DNA of 62,931 nucleotides from Octopus bimaculoides (Eukaryota), in assembly GCF_001194135.2 (NCBI RefSeq), contig NC_068990.1, positions 39,958,305 to 40,021,235 on the forward strand, read 5' to 3'. Below, one piece after another: positions 40,685 through 53,290 of the stretch. The first letter of the stretch is position 1, and every line of letters starts with the position of its first letter. The notes below the pieces were generated by a model. The model saw nothing but the letters and a program-made list of their open reading frames with translations, did no database searches and was not told where the DNA came from. A program made the translations under genes and the position numbers.

Positions 40685-40783
40685 CCCCATCATCAGACAT
40701 TATAATTGCTTTGCATGCAATGATGTTGCTGAAGCATAAAGAAACCTTAAGAGTTCATCGAAGCTTTCATCTTTGTTTTCTTC
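40685..40783 (-). other. Candidate 99-nt exon, probably 5'UTR, possibly with a start codon near its end
   Basis: Minus strand reads aatttacag|gaagaaaac...ttataATGtctgatgatgggg|gtaagt. Consensus donor. All three frames contain a stop, and an ATG (MSDDG) lies 16 nt before the donor. Confidence 0.35.
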
Positions 40784-41457
40784 CTGTAAATTTTTGAAGC
40801 CTCAGTAATTATTAATAATATATGCAGGGTCAAAGTGATGACTTATACAGATATCTTCAAGTACGGTTTCAATTTCTACATCTGATGAAGTGTTTACATT
40901 TAATAGGGTTTTCTTACCTTGATATTAGTGTTTATTTATCTATTTATTTATTTATTTATTTATTTATAGGATTTTTTTTTACCTTTCTTTGTTGTTATAA
41001 TTGTGAAAAGGGAGACTTAATAGCTTAGCTAGGGCTTAAATAGAGCAGAACAGGTGGTCAGGCGTGTTGTATTGTCTTTTCTTGGTCTTTGTTCTGTGTC
41101 TTGTTCTTATTCATTCTAAGCAGGCTTCGTCTCTCTCTATGCAACACCTTTAGCCTTCTACAATAACCTTAGGATAACGAATATTCCATGTGTGGAACTT
41201 GATACGCCTAAGCTGTGCAAGTCTCAGAAGTCCAGAAAACCAGAATCTGTCTGGTAATGTATCTGGTATCTCTTCTTTTGAGATAGGTAAATTTAACTAC
41301 CTGTCAAACAACGAATGATTTAATACCATTGCCTTTTATCCTTCAAGAGCAGCTGATGAAAAGAAAACAACTACTATTGGAGAGAGAGCCAACAGCAAGC
41401 CTCTTCATGGTTGTTCAAGCAGCCATAAGTCCCCCGTATTGAATCCAACTGTCTTAA

Positions 41458-42052
41458 TCCTTTTTGCATTTTAAACCAGCCATATTCAGCCCAAATGTTA
41501 TACCTGTTTTATGTATAGACTGGCCATATTCAGCCTCTCGCACCTACCCTACAATGCCACACTAGAAATAAACAAGCACATCATCGAAATCTCAACCCAA
41601 AAAGATAATGCATAGCTAATTCAAAGCAATGTGAATAAATAAGTATTACATTGGACAGGATTATCTAAATGCGAAAAGATTAAAGAAAGGACATTTTGTA
41701 TAATCCAGCTAGATTCAGCCTCTCACACCTACCCTACAATGCCATATTAGAAATAAACAAGCATATCATCGAAATGTCAACCCAAAAAGATAATGCATAT
41801 TTAATTCAAAACATTGTGAATAGATAAGCATTACATTTGACAGAATAATAATCTAAATGTGAAAAGATTAAAGAAAGGACATTTTGTATAATCCAGTTAG
41901 ATTCAGCCTCTCACACTCTTCTTACAATGTTATTCTTAAAATAAGCAATCATATCATTGAAATTTCAAAGCTACAAGATAATGCATGATTAATTCAAAAC
42001 AATATCATTAAATAAGCATTACTTTTGATAGAGTAATCTTAATGTTAAAGAG
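41458..42052. mobile_element. piggyBac-like MITE carrying three tandem internal units of about 186 bp
   Basis: TTAA at 41454-41457 and at 42053-42056. Degenerate TIRs tcctttttgcatt / aatgttaaagag. Unit starts (ttcagcctctc) at 41529, 41714 and 41902. Confidence 0.8.
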
Positions 42053-43409
42053 TTAAATAGCAGTTAAATATCTTTAATATCACCCACTATTATCTTTAAA
42101 AACAGGAGACATACTGGATAAAGTAATCTTTGGTGTACCATGCCTGAAAATAAGGTGGAATCCTCATTGCTAAGCATCTTTGATTAAACGTTCATTGAAT
42201 CAAGACTAACCTGGGGTAAAAATAACAATCTGGAATGGTCATGGTTAGAATGCCTAGGACTGACCAAGGGTTAAATAGCAATATAGTTTCATCATTGCTA
42301 GATCCATTTTAATCACAGATCTATTTGTTCGGAGCTAACCAAGGTGGTAAGGCCTATGTGATAACAACAACATCAACAACAACACAAGCAGTTATTTGGG
42401 GCAGGATTAGTTAAGGATCTGCTCACAAGAAAATAAGGTTATTACAACCACTTCTTACTTGTATAAGTAGGTTAAACATTATGGAAAAAAACCTGTTTCT
42501 TTTTCAAAACACTTAAATCTGCATAACTGTATATGATTTTATGTCAGTATTTGCATAAATGAATATGTTCTTGTTTACAATTGGTTCGTCAGACAATTAC
42601 AGTAAATATTTTCAAATCAGACTAAAGTAATGAAATGTTTATCTCTGTATTTTAAGTTTCTTACTGCATTATAATTACAAAACTCATGCAACTGTCTCTG
42701 TCTGTCTGTCTTTGCCAGTCTCTCTGTCTCTCTGTCTCTCTGTCTCTCTGTCTCTCTGTCTCAGTCTCTCTTTCTCTGTATCTCTCTATCTCTCAAGCAC
42801 TCATTCATACACACCACACATCGTGCACACATATAGCACACATACTTATACACATACACAATTATATTATCATTGTTCCTCCAGACCGGCTTTTGTTCTT
42901 TCGAAATACAATGAATTAAAAGCTAAATCACACATACACACATGCACACACACACACGCACACACACACACACACACGCACACACGCACATACACACACA
43001 TATACATACACATGCATACACACACACTTACACATATAACTACGCTTTAATAAATGATTGAAATTCAGATCTCACACTTCGAGTTCTTCATTCTAAGTGA
43101 CTCAACTATATAACTCCGAACAAGTAACTCCAGGATTTCATATTTACATATGTACGTGCATGTGTGGGACATGTGGCATGGGAGGAGCAGGTGGTATAGG
43201 GAGGCATGTGACAAGGGGTGGGGGATGTGGCATGTAGGGGCATGTGGTGTGTGTGTGTGTGTGTGCTGAATAATATGTAACTAAAATTCAGAAAATAATT
43301 TAAGATTTTCAGTTTCTAATAAAATATACACTTTATAGAATAATTCTTTTTGTTTCCATTTTAAACACAAGCATAAAAAAATCCATGTGTGTGTATGTAC
43401 ATATACATA

Positions 43410-43558
43410 GGTGCAGACATTGCTGTGTGGTAAGAAGCTTACTTCCCAACCACATGGCTCTGGGTTCAGCCCCACTGCATGGCACCTTGGGCAAATGTCA
43501 TCTGCTATAGCTTCAGGCCAACCAAAGCCTTGTGAGTGGATCTGGAAACTAAAGAAGC

Positions 43559-43599
<41 letters not shown>

Positions 43600-43870
43600 C
43601 TTATATATATATATATATACATATAACTCACTACTTCAGCGAAAGAGACAGATATATACATATATATATGTATGCATGTATGTATGTATATATATGTATG
43701 TATGTATGTATGTATATATATCTATGTGAGTGTGTCTTTATGTGCATGTTTGTCTCCCCCGCCATCACTGCTTGACAATCTGCATTGGTGTAGTTACATC
43801 CCCACAACTTGGTGGTTCAGCAAAAGATACTAATAAAATAAGTACTAGGCTTACAGAAACGAATAAAAAA
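43410..43870 (+). mobile_element. SINE family A, diverged, with expanded internal (TA)n
   Basis: aggtgcagacattgctgtgtggtaagaagcttacttccc head, then ...ttgacaatctgcattggtgtagttacatcccc...agtactaggcttac. Confidence 0.85.
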
Positions 43871-43896
43871 AAGAAACGAAAATGATATGTTTGTGC

Positions 43897-43952
<56 letters not shown>

Positions 43953-44639
43953 GCACACACACACATACACACACCTGTTTTTATATATGTTTATAGATAT
44001 AAATGTATATTTATACATATATATGTGTGTGGGTATATATATATATATATATGTATTCGTGCGCAGACACATGCTCATATACACACACACATACATAGTT
44101 ATATATATATATCTATGTATGTGTGAATTTGCACATGCATCTGATATATTTCTACATTACATACATGAGGACGTTAGGATGTCTACTGCAACAATAGATT
44201 TATATTTTTATTTAGAAATAGAAGAATGGCAGTTGTAATTGTTCTAGTTATCACGGTTGCTGTTACTGTTGTTGAATTGGTACTAATATCGTCAAGCAGA
44301 TATACGGTAACCAGGTAACCAACAAAACATTTTGCAGCAACCTACTAGTCCAGCATTGTTGCAGAGCCAATGTTTCATTCTGGTTTGTTCCACACTAACA
44401 TGACTAACATCCAGTGTGTGCAACAAGCATTTTATCAACGTTTTAGTTTGAAATTATTTTGTCTAGATGAGTTAGATAAAACAGTTCACTTATTAGTTCA
44501 TTTGGCATGTGGAATATGAAATCTTACACGCCAAGCCTCTTACTCTTTATGTGAAATGAAGACAGAAGAAATGGAAATGCTAGTTTTAGTTTCTGTTATT
44601 AAAGAAAGGAAAATATAATGAGGATCCATATCTGGCACA

Positions 44640-45076
44640 AAGGCAGCGAGCTGGCAGAAATGTTATCACACCAGGCGAAATACTTACCAGTGTTTCATCT
44701 GCCGTTACATTCTGAGTTCAAATTCCGCCGAGGTTGACTTTGCCTTTCATCTTTTCGGGGTCGATAAATTAAGTACCAATTACACACTGGGGTCAATGTA
44801 ATTGACTCAATCCCTTTGTCTGTCCTTGTTTGTCTCCTCTATGTTTAGCCCCTTGTGGGCAATAAAGAAATAAGAAACGTTAGCATGCCAGGCAAAATGC
44901 TTAGCGGTATTTCTTCTGTCTTTACGTTCTGGGTTCAAATTCAGCTGAGCTCGACTTTGCCTTTTATCCTTTCAGGGTCGCTAAATTAAGTACCAGTTGC
45001 ATACTGAGGTTGATCTAATCAACTGGCCCCCTTCCCCCAAAATTTCGGGCCTTGTGCCTAGAGTAGAAAACAATAT
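44640..45076 (+). mobile_element. SINE family B, head-to-tail dimer
   Basis: Unit 1 runs aggcagcgagctggcagaaatgtta...ccttgtgggcaataaagaaataa. Unit 2 begins gaaacgttagcatgccaggc at about 44875 and has a different 3' end. Confidence 0.85.
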
Positions 45077-46958
45077 NNNNNNNNNNNNNNNNNNNNNNNN
45101 NNNNNNNNNNNNNNNNNNNNNNNNNNNNNNNNNNNNNNNNNNNNNNNNNNNNNNNNNNNNNNNNNNNNNNNNNNNNNNNNNNNNNNNNNNNNNNNNNNNN
45201 NNNNNNNNNNNNNNNNNNNNNNNNNNNNNNNNNNNNNNNNNNNNNNNNNNNNNNNNNNNNNNNNNNNNNNNNNNNNNNNNNNNNNNNNNNNNNNNNNNNN
45301 NNNNNNNNNNNNNNNNNNNNNNNNNNNNNNNNNNNNNNNNNNNNNNNNNNNNNNNNNNNNNNNNNNNNNNNNNNNNNNNNNNNNNNNNNNNNNNNNNNNN
45401 NNNNNNNNNNNNNNNNNNNNNNNNNNNNNNNNNNNNNNNNNNNNNNNNNNNNNNCATATTGCATTTAAGGTAATGCTCACATTACTTAAATAAATTGAAG
45501 TAGCATGAAACGTGCGTACTGCAATCACTTTTGAAATCCGTGTTGCTTATTATTTGATTTTAATCACCCATCCTTTTGGGATGTGAAATTCGGGTGCCTT
45601 CGCATAAGTACCATATTCAAGCCTTGAATCTATATATATATATATGTATATACATATTTTTTTATGTATATATTACACATGCAATGGAGTGCCTACAGCT
45701 GATCTGAAATGAAGATCTGTGTTTGCAGTCTTGTACTTCATCCATTCAACCATTTACTCATTTCATTTGTACACAATCTCCAGGTTCATGTGTAAACCAT
45801 TTATAATTTAACCATTATCAAGACCCCAGACTCTTCTTACCCTAGTTGGCACACCTTAAACAGTAAGAATCACAGAAAATTCAATCCATAAAGTATCATA
45901 TTACCAAACTGGAATCGTTTTACAGTTTATATACTGATACAAACTATTGTACACATCCATGATCAACAACTCTTAACTCCCACTAGCTTAGTACCCCTTG
46001 ATATAAATAAAATAATAGCATGGAGTTCACCATGGTAATTTGTGAGATCATTACAAATTAAAGTTTTCTTCTATGAATGTGCACTGTGTGAAAGGTAGCT
46101 ATTCCAATCTATACATACAGGTAAACAGTAATGTTGACTAAATATTATTGCTGTATAGTCCCTGGTCAGCTATGATCGATCAAAGACCTGTAATAAAAAG
46201 TTATGATCATCTTGTTTTATTTTAAACCTAGGACCACATAGTCCAATGTAAATGTTTTTAAGAGGGTAAAGTGTTATCACAGGGAGATTTGGTTGCTATT
46301 TCTAGCTAATACTGTAGTGGCTAAATAAATATTTTCTCGCTAGCTTCATTTGCTTGTTGTCATTGTTGTTGTTGCTTAACCCATGATCAACTCTGACTGT
46401 GCAGATCAATGTTCAAGGCAGTTGAAACCAGTATAATTTCATAAAATTCTTTAACACTATATTATCTAACGTAACCCTCCTGTTTTTAAATAATAGAATG
46501 TGGTTTCAGTGAATCTGTTGTTACTTCTAATGGACTGAGAAATTGCATTCAGTCTCTTTGGTTGGTAAAAGTGTTGTAGTTCAAAATGATGTCTGCAGTT
46601 GAAGAAACAAACGCTGCAAGAAGCAATACAATTATCTAAATTTGCAGAACTAGGCAACTTCTGCTAATATCAGATAGTATCAAGAATGGTCGTAAGATTG
46701 TGTTTTTGATTCTTGGGCCAGGCGATGCATTGTGTTCCTAAATAAAACATCTCATTTCATGTTGGTCCAGTCCATTCAGCTGGCAAAAATGAGTATTCTT
46801 GCAATGGACCTGCATTCCACCCAGAGTGGAATAAGTTTGCAAGAGAATCCGAGAAACTGTCCCTATGAATCTGTGTGATACAGGATGGATCTTTATCCTT
46901 TGTGAATGTACAAGTCTCCATACTCCCTATTATTATTATCAATATATATATATATACA

Positions 46959-47328
46959 CAGGGTGATTCAAAAGTCTCCATACATAGGAAAAAATTATTT
47001 TTTTAATAAGAAATAGTTTATAAGAACCTCTAGATCTGACCCCTCTTGATTTCTTTCTTTGGGGGCATTTGAAAGGTATGGTGTATCGTGGAAAGATAAA
47101 AGACATAAATCATTTGAAGGAACGCATCACCAAATCCTTTGCCAACGTATCACCAGATGTGCTATTACGAGTTCACAATGAGTGGGGTAAACGTATTGCA
47201 ATGTGTATTCAAAACAATCGTAACCATTTAGAGCCTGTTAAATAATAAAAAGAAAGACTGTTCTTATAATCTGTTTCTTATAAAAAGATAAATTGTTCCT
47301 TATGAATGGTGACTTTTGAATCACCCTG
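46959..47328 (+). mobile_element. Internally deleted Tc1/mariner-superfamily element (DD37D/maT-like), 370 bp, both TIRs present
   Basis: TIRs cagggtgattcaaaagtctccatacatagg and its near reverse complement at 47296-47328, followed by TA. The interior encodes DLTPLDFFLWGHLKGMVYRGKIKDINHLKERI...CIQNNRNHLE (the SPDLTPLDFFLWGYLK C-terminal motif). Confidence 0.9.
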
Positions 47329-47636
47329 TATATTACTTTAGATCATCATCATTATTGTTGTTGTTTTAGCCTCTTGTCCTTGCTTGGATGGCTTAGATGA
47401 GCATTTATTGGGGTGGTTTCTTTGGTCAGATGTCCTTCATATCACCAATCTTTGGTGGTGGTGGTGGTGGTGGTGGTGGTGGTGGTGGTGGTAATGAGTA
47501 GGAATAGGAGGGGGTGGAGGAGGAGGAGGAGGAGGATCATGACAATTATGGTGATGGTGGTCATGATGGTTATGAATGATGAAGAGGTGGACGAGAAAGA
47601 AGAGGAAGATGATGATTATAATTATTATCATGATAC

Positions 47637-47703
<67 letters not shown>

Positions 47704-48284
47704 GATGATGATGATAATGTATAGAAATACAGAAGAGAACATCAAATCTTTCCAAGTCAATATGTCTAGGGTTGAAAGTACCCCAAATCAATTCAGCAAG
47801 ACTTTGAAGTGAGTATCTCAGAGAAGGGGACTGATTTAAATGTAAAACAACTTGCTCAGGGATTGAACCCTCAACACCTGCAGTACAGGCACTGATGCAT
47901 GATGCATGATTTAATTTTTATTTTATTTTTCTTTTAAGGGTCATGACAGTCCAGTTACAATCAATGCATTAAACCTATCCCCTTCTCCACCCATCCCACT
48001 CTCATATTTCACACCTCCCCACACACACACTGATCCCTCTCCCCCCTCCTTACACCAGCCAGTGTTTACTAGCTAGGAGGTGGAGATGAATAATTAAATT
48101 GATGAGGAATAGGTGTTAGGCGTGCCATGTTAGCTCTACCTTACCCATCTACCCAATCAACCAGCCATGCACCTACCCACCAACCTACCTACCTACCTAG
48201 ATTCTACCTGCCTACTTACCTAACCTAACTACCTGGCTCCTACCTACCTACCTGCCTGCCTACCTACCTACCAACTGTACCAAC

Positions 48285-48345
48285 CTTTGTGAAGTTAAAA
48301 CAAAATGGCCGCCAACTCTAAATTGTCGTGACGCTCACTCAAAAA
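48285..48345 (-). promoter_or_regulatory. Candidate TSS or first non-coding exon with a YY1 motif and a TGACG half-CRE
   Basis: CAAAATGGCCGCC at 48301-48313 (GGCGGCCATTTTG on minus) and TGACG at 48329-48333. Small CpG cluster in a CpG-poor context. Possible minus-strand donor cacaaag|gttggt at 48285. Confidence 0.4.
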
Positions 48346-49044
48346 TATTTTAAAAAAATATAGAAAAAAGCTCCCCACTGAAGAGAAAAATATATATTGA
48401 TAATAATAATGATGATGATGAGGGAGAGGGGAGGAGGAGGAGAATAATAATAACAATAATAATAATAATATCAAATAAATAAAAAAAATTAATAAAAAAG
48501 AAAGAAATTGTATTATTTTCTTTGTTTGAACAAGGTCCAAATAGTGAGGCTGAAATGGTTATTATATATATTTTTTTTTTTTAGATATTTCTTATTGTTA
48601 TTTTTTTTGTATTTTGTTGATTTTTTTTTTTTGTCTTTTTTACTCATAAATCATAGACAAAGCATTGTTAAATAGATTGTAGAAAAAATTGATTTATAAA
48701 TTAAAGATAGGTCACCTTACTCCATGTTTCAACGAATAGAAAAACTGGTTTGGTACTTTTTCACAATAGAACTCGGTTGAATCAATGCATTAAACCCTAA
48801 GGTGTGAGTCAGAGGAATCAATAAAATTTTTACTCCACTACTTAACAGGATGGTTGTATAGTGTTGATGCTGTTGTTGTCGTTAGTTTTCGTATATCAAT
48901 TTTATACCTTTTTTTATACATTTTATTATATATGTGTATATATATATATAAACATGCACACACTCATCTATGGATGTGGGTGTATATGTATATATATATA
49001 TATACATATAGATAGATAAATAGGTAGATAGGTAGGTAGGTAGG

Positions 49045-49111
<67 letters not shown>

Positions 49112-49121
49112 TATGTGTGTG

Positions 49122-49162
<41 letters not shown>

Positions 49163-49789
49163 ATTCAGATGAATATGGTACTTAAGTTGAGGCACCAGAA
49201 TTTAGTATGTTATTATCCATAAAATTTCAAAATAAGGTGATTATACATATACATATATATATATCCATATGCTTAAATGCATGTAGTTATGTGTGTTTAT
49301 GTGTGTCTGTGAATGTGTATATATGTGTGTATGCATGTGTGTGAGTGTGTGTATGGGAGTGTGATTGCATTTGTGTGTGTTGCAGCAATGTTTGTCATTT
49401 TCTCTCATAACTTTCCTAAGATTTAGGTGGCAAGCATCACAAAATTATTTATTGAGAAGTGTTATAACACTGTGCATACTGAAAACAATAATTTTCCAAG
49501 TCATCACCTGGTGTGAAAATTTCCATCCCTACCATCAACCTAACTCATTTTGCAACCATTCACCTTTGATCATCTAACAACCTACTTGTTACTACAACAT
49601 ACAAATGGTCTCAAGTCCTTGAAAATTACTGACAAAATCAATGTTGTTACAATTAATTTTTGTTAGAGTTCTTGAGATAAGGGATTATCACTATTATACA
49701 CAGATACACTTTGAGTGGTAGATTTCACCTGTCATTATCAAATACTTATTATTAGGCAGCTAAATGGCAGAAACACTAGCATGCTGGAC

Positions 49790-50195
49790 AAAATGGTAAG
49801 AGACATTCCAGCCATTTTTACATTTGGTGTTGAAATTTCATTGCGGTCAACTCTGCTTTCATCCTTTTGAGATCGATAAGATAAGTACCAGTGAAGTACT
49901 GAGGTCAATGTAATCAACTTCTTCTCCTCAGTAGCTACAAGCCTTGTGCTAAAATTCGAAACCATTATTAATCTTATTATAACGCAACAAAATGGCAGAA
50001 TTATTAGAACAATAGAAAGAAAAATTGCTTGTGGTATTTGTTCCAGCTCTTTATGTTCTGAGTTCAAAATCAAGCTGAAGCTAAATTTGCCTTTCATTTC
50101 TCTAAGCTTCAAACAATACAACACCAATCAAATACTGGGGTTGATAATATCAATTTAACTTGCTCCTTAAAACTGTTGGCCTCGTGCATAAATTA
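49790..50195 (+). mobile_element. Two tandem, strongly diverged SINE family B-type fragments
   Basis: Both contain the ctttcatcc...gataa...aagtaccag...actg(a/g)ggt...taatc core. Confidence 0.6.
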
Positions 50196-50496
50196 GAAAG
50201 AAATATTTCAGATTGATATTCATTGGGTGATTGCCATATATGATGACACCACCTAGCTCTACAATGCTTTCAGTGGAGTCCACGTTACTAAAAGTAATCA
50301 GGTCAGGTCTGCAGCTTTAAGTTAGCTTCTTTCGACTAGTCTTTGAGGACTTGTATAGTGCCATGGGTCCTGCCTTTCCTCATAACTTTAAAATAGATAA
50401 TACATACATATATTTATGTGTGTGTGTGTGTGTGTGTGTATACACACACACACACACACATATATATATGCATACACACACATATATATATATATA

Positions 50497-50912
50497 GGCG
50501 CAGGAGTGGCTGTGTGGTAAGTAGCTTGCTTACCAACCACATGGTTTCGGGTTCAGTCCCACTGCATGGCATCTTGGACAAGTATCTTCTACTATAGTCT
50601 CGGGCCAACCAAAGCCTTGTGAGTGGATTTGGTAGACGGAAACTGAAAGAAGCCCATCGTATATATGTATATATATATATAAATATATGCATGTGTGTAT
50701 ATATGTTTGTGTGTCTAATTTTGTCTCTCTAGCAATGCTTGACAACCGATGCTGGTGTTTAATGTCCCCGTCACTTAGCGGTTTGGCAAAAGAGACTGAT
50801 AGAATAAGTACTAGGCTTACGAAGAATAAGTCCCGGGGTCGGTTTGCTCGACTAAATGTGGTGCTCAAGCATGGCTGCAGTCAAATGACTGAAACAAGTA
50901 AAAGAGTAAAAG
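50497..50912 (+). mobile_element. SINE family A, full-length reference copy, inserted after (TA)n
   Basis: aggcgcaggagtggctgtgtggtaagtagcttgc tRNA-like head, ccttggacaagt core, (TA)n linker, and 3' tail gcatggctgcagtcaaatgactgaaacaagtaaaagagtaaaaga. Confidence 0.92.
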
Positions 50913-52781
50913 AAAGTGAAGAGTATATCGTTGAAATTTATAGAAAAACAGAAGACAAAGAAAGTTGTATTAACAACAAACAGGTGTATTAGTTTGATGC
51001 TCAGGAAAACGAAAATGTCTTTTACATTTATATATATATATATATACAATTTAAAAAACATAAGATTTAAGTGCTAACTACTTTAAGTTTCACGCTCTGA
51101 TAGTACAATTAATCAGACAAGCTTCTATAGCCTACTGTTACTGTCCTACAATCTTTCAGGCTCTAAATAAAACATGGCTTCTCACAGTGAAAAGGTGATA
51201 AAGAATGAGAAGTAAATGGTAAAAAGAAACAAGAAAAGATGGGAAGAGAGATAAGAGTTGTGGTCCTTTAGTCTGTTATAATGGGAATTAACAATGGTTG
51301 ATGTGGTTAATTTGATGTGGAGAGGTTAAAGATTGTAAGACTGTATGCCAAATCCAGAGAGAGTAGTTTTCTGTAGTTCAGTAATAGAAACTTATTGAGG
51401 TGCTTGCATTTAGTGAAAATCTCAGATCTAGAATTAAGTCAGTTGAGTTCTTGGATTTAAAAAGGATATGTGTTTTTTCAGCAACACAAAACTTGTACCT
51501 CTCTGGTTCATTGACATTCTCAGCCAAGAGCCATGGTCAGCTGTCCAAAATAGGTAGTAAACTTCCCTACTGTCATCACTTCACTGAGGAAAGTGTCACT
51601 GTAAAGCTGTATATAAGGTTAGAATTTCACAGCATGCACCCATTCTAGTCCATTGTTGTCACATCAAGCCTCTTTCTTTCAAGACCATTGAATGACTTTT
51701 GTTCCACTGTGTCTTAGAGCTTTAGCTCTGGGACTGCAGCTTTTGCGTTTCTCATTAATAAAATAACACCTAAAAGTCAACATGGTCCCTATCATAGATG
51801 CTGTGATGTGTTTCTTAATCTACTCTTCTAATTTACTCATAGTTTCCTATCTAATCTATTTTTCTCTATTGCTCTTTCTTTACTAAAGCTATCGATTCCG
51901 ACCTGATCATAATCATCAAATCACCCCATAACTGCTTGCTAACCTATTAACTGCCATCTAACCTAATTTGCTAGAAATCAAAATAAAATCTACAAACTTC
52001 AGTAATATTAACAAATGATAACATAAGGGATTAAACACCGTTTTTTATAAACAGATAACTGAGCACATGATGTACGTCTCTCTTATATGTAAGGCAGAAC
52101 ATGATACAACAGGGAAACTTTACAAATTAATACTAAAGTACCCTTGAATCCTGACACATCTAGAGTATACACATTTTAACCCATTAACACCTTTCCATAT
52201 TCTTCCCCCTATTTCTTTCTCTCTCTCTATCTCTCTCTCTCAAATAGTGAAGTGAGACACCTGAACACCCAGGTAAGCATACAAATGTACAGGGAAATCA
52301 TTTATAGTATACAGCTCACCCATTTGGGATTGTTCGTACTGCTACATGTACAGACATACTTGACTGATAAGCTTAGAGTCAATCATGAAAGACATCCCAT
52401 CTCTTCTGACCTCCAGATGTACCATGCATCTTTCTGCCAATTTAACTATTACCATAACGGGTGGCCTTGTCTTCTCAGAATTGGCTCATCTCATATCATC
52501 TCCACTCTGACACCCTATATATATATTCATCTCTCATCTTTTCATCACCTATGTTGATCCCAGCCCAGGTCTTGTACTAACCACTATGCTATCCTTTCAT
52601 CTCAGATGAGAGATGGCACTTTGGAATTCCCTTATACACATGTTTTGCATGCATTCATTGACTTGAACAGTTTCTGCAAGATGTATATGGCATCAATCTC
52701 CTCAACCTTGGAGATCCTGCAAAAGCCATGAATACAGACCCTTTCTATGAATTAGCATCATCACTGTCCAATTTCCCATGC

Positions 52782-52884
52782 TTGCAGACTAAATTCATTG
52801 AGATAGATTATCTATTGCAGACTAAATTCATTGAGATAGATAAGCTATTGCAGACTAAATTCATTGAGATAGATTATCTATTGC
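52782..52884. repeat. 33-bp minisatellite, about 3.1 copies
   Basis: ttgcagactaaattcattgagatagat(t/a)a(t/g)cta repeated at 52782, 52815 and 52848. Confidence 0.95.
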
Positions 52885-53149
52885 CAGGCGTTCTTTTCAT
52901 TGCCAACTTTCACATGCAAAATAATAACCTTAACCTTAATCCTAACCCTAACCCTAATATTTCCTCTAGTCCTTCAAACATACACATCACAAAGAGATTG
53001 CAAACATACAGCATCACGTACATGATAATGATGATGGCATTTGTTTACAATTAATGTGAGATGTCAAGACAAAGAGGTACTCACACACACACACACACAC
53101 ACATACATCCATGCATACACATACCCATACACACATACATATTTAAGTG

Positions 53150-53290
53150 CATATATAACATGCTTCTTTCAGTTTCTATATACTTCACAAGGTTTTTCCA
53201 GAGTAGAAGACACATGCCCATGGTGCCATGCAGTGGAACTGAACCTGAAACACATGGCTGCAAAGTGAATTTATTAAACTACACAACCAG
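53150..53290 (-). mobile_element. SINE family A, 5' half, diverged
   Basis: ttctttcagtttc...agtagaagacacatgcccatggtgccatgcagtggaactgaacctgaaacacatgg. Confidence 0.8.

Noticed and set aside
44262-44390. GPCR TM6-like peptides on the minus strand (LLVTWLPYICLTIL; FCWLP)
   Set aside because: Short frames bounded by stops, no credible splice sites, and no other transmembrane segments nearby.
52782-52884. CRISPR-like array of 33-bp repeats
   Set aside because: The repeats are contiguous with no unique spacers, the context is eukaryotic, and no cas genes are present.
52925-52957. True telomere or chromosome-healing site
   Set aside because: Only about two perfect CCCTAA units within a degenerate run, and ordinary sequence continues on both sides.
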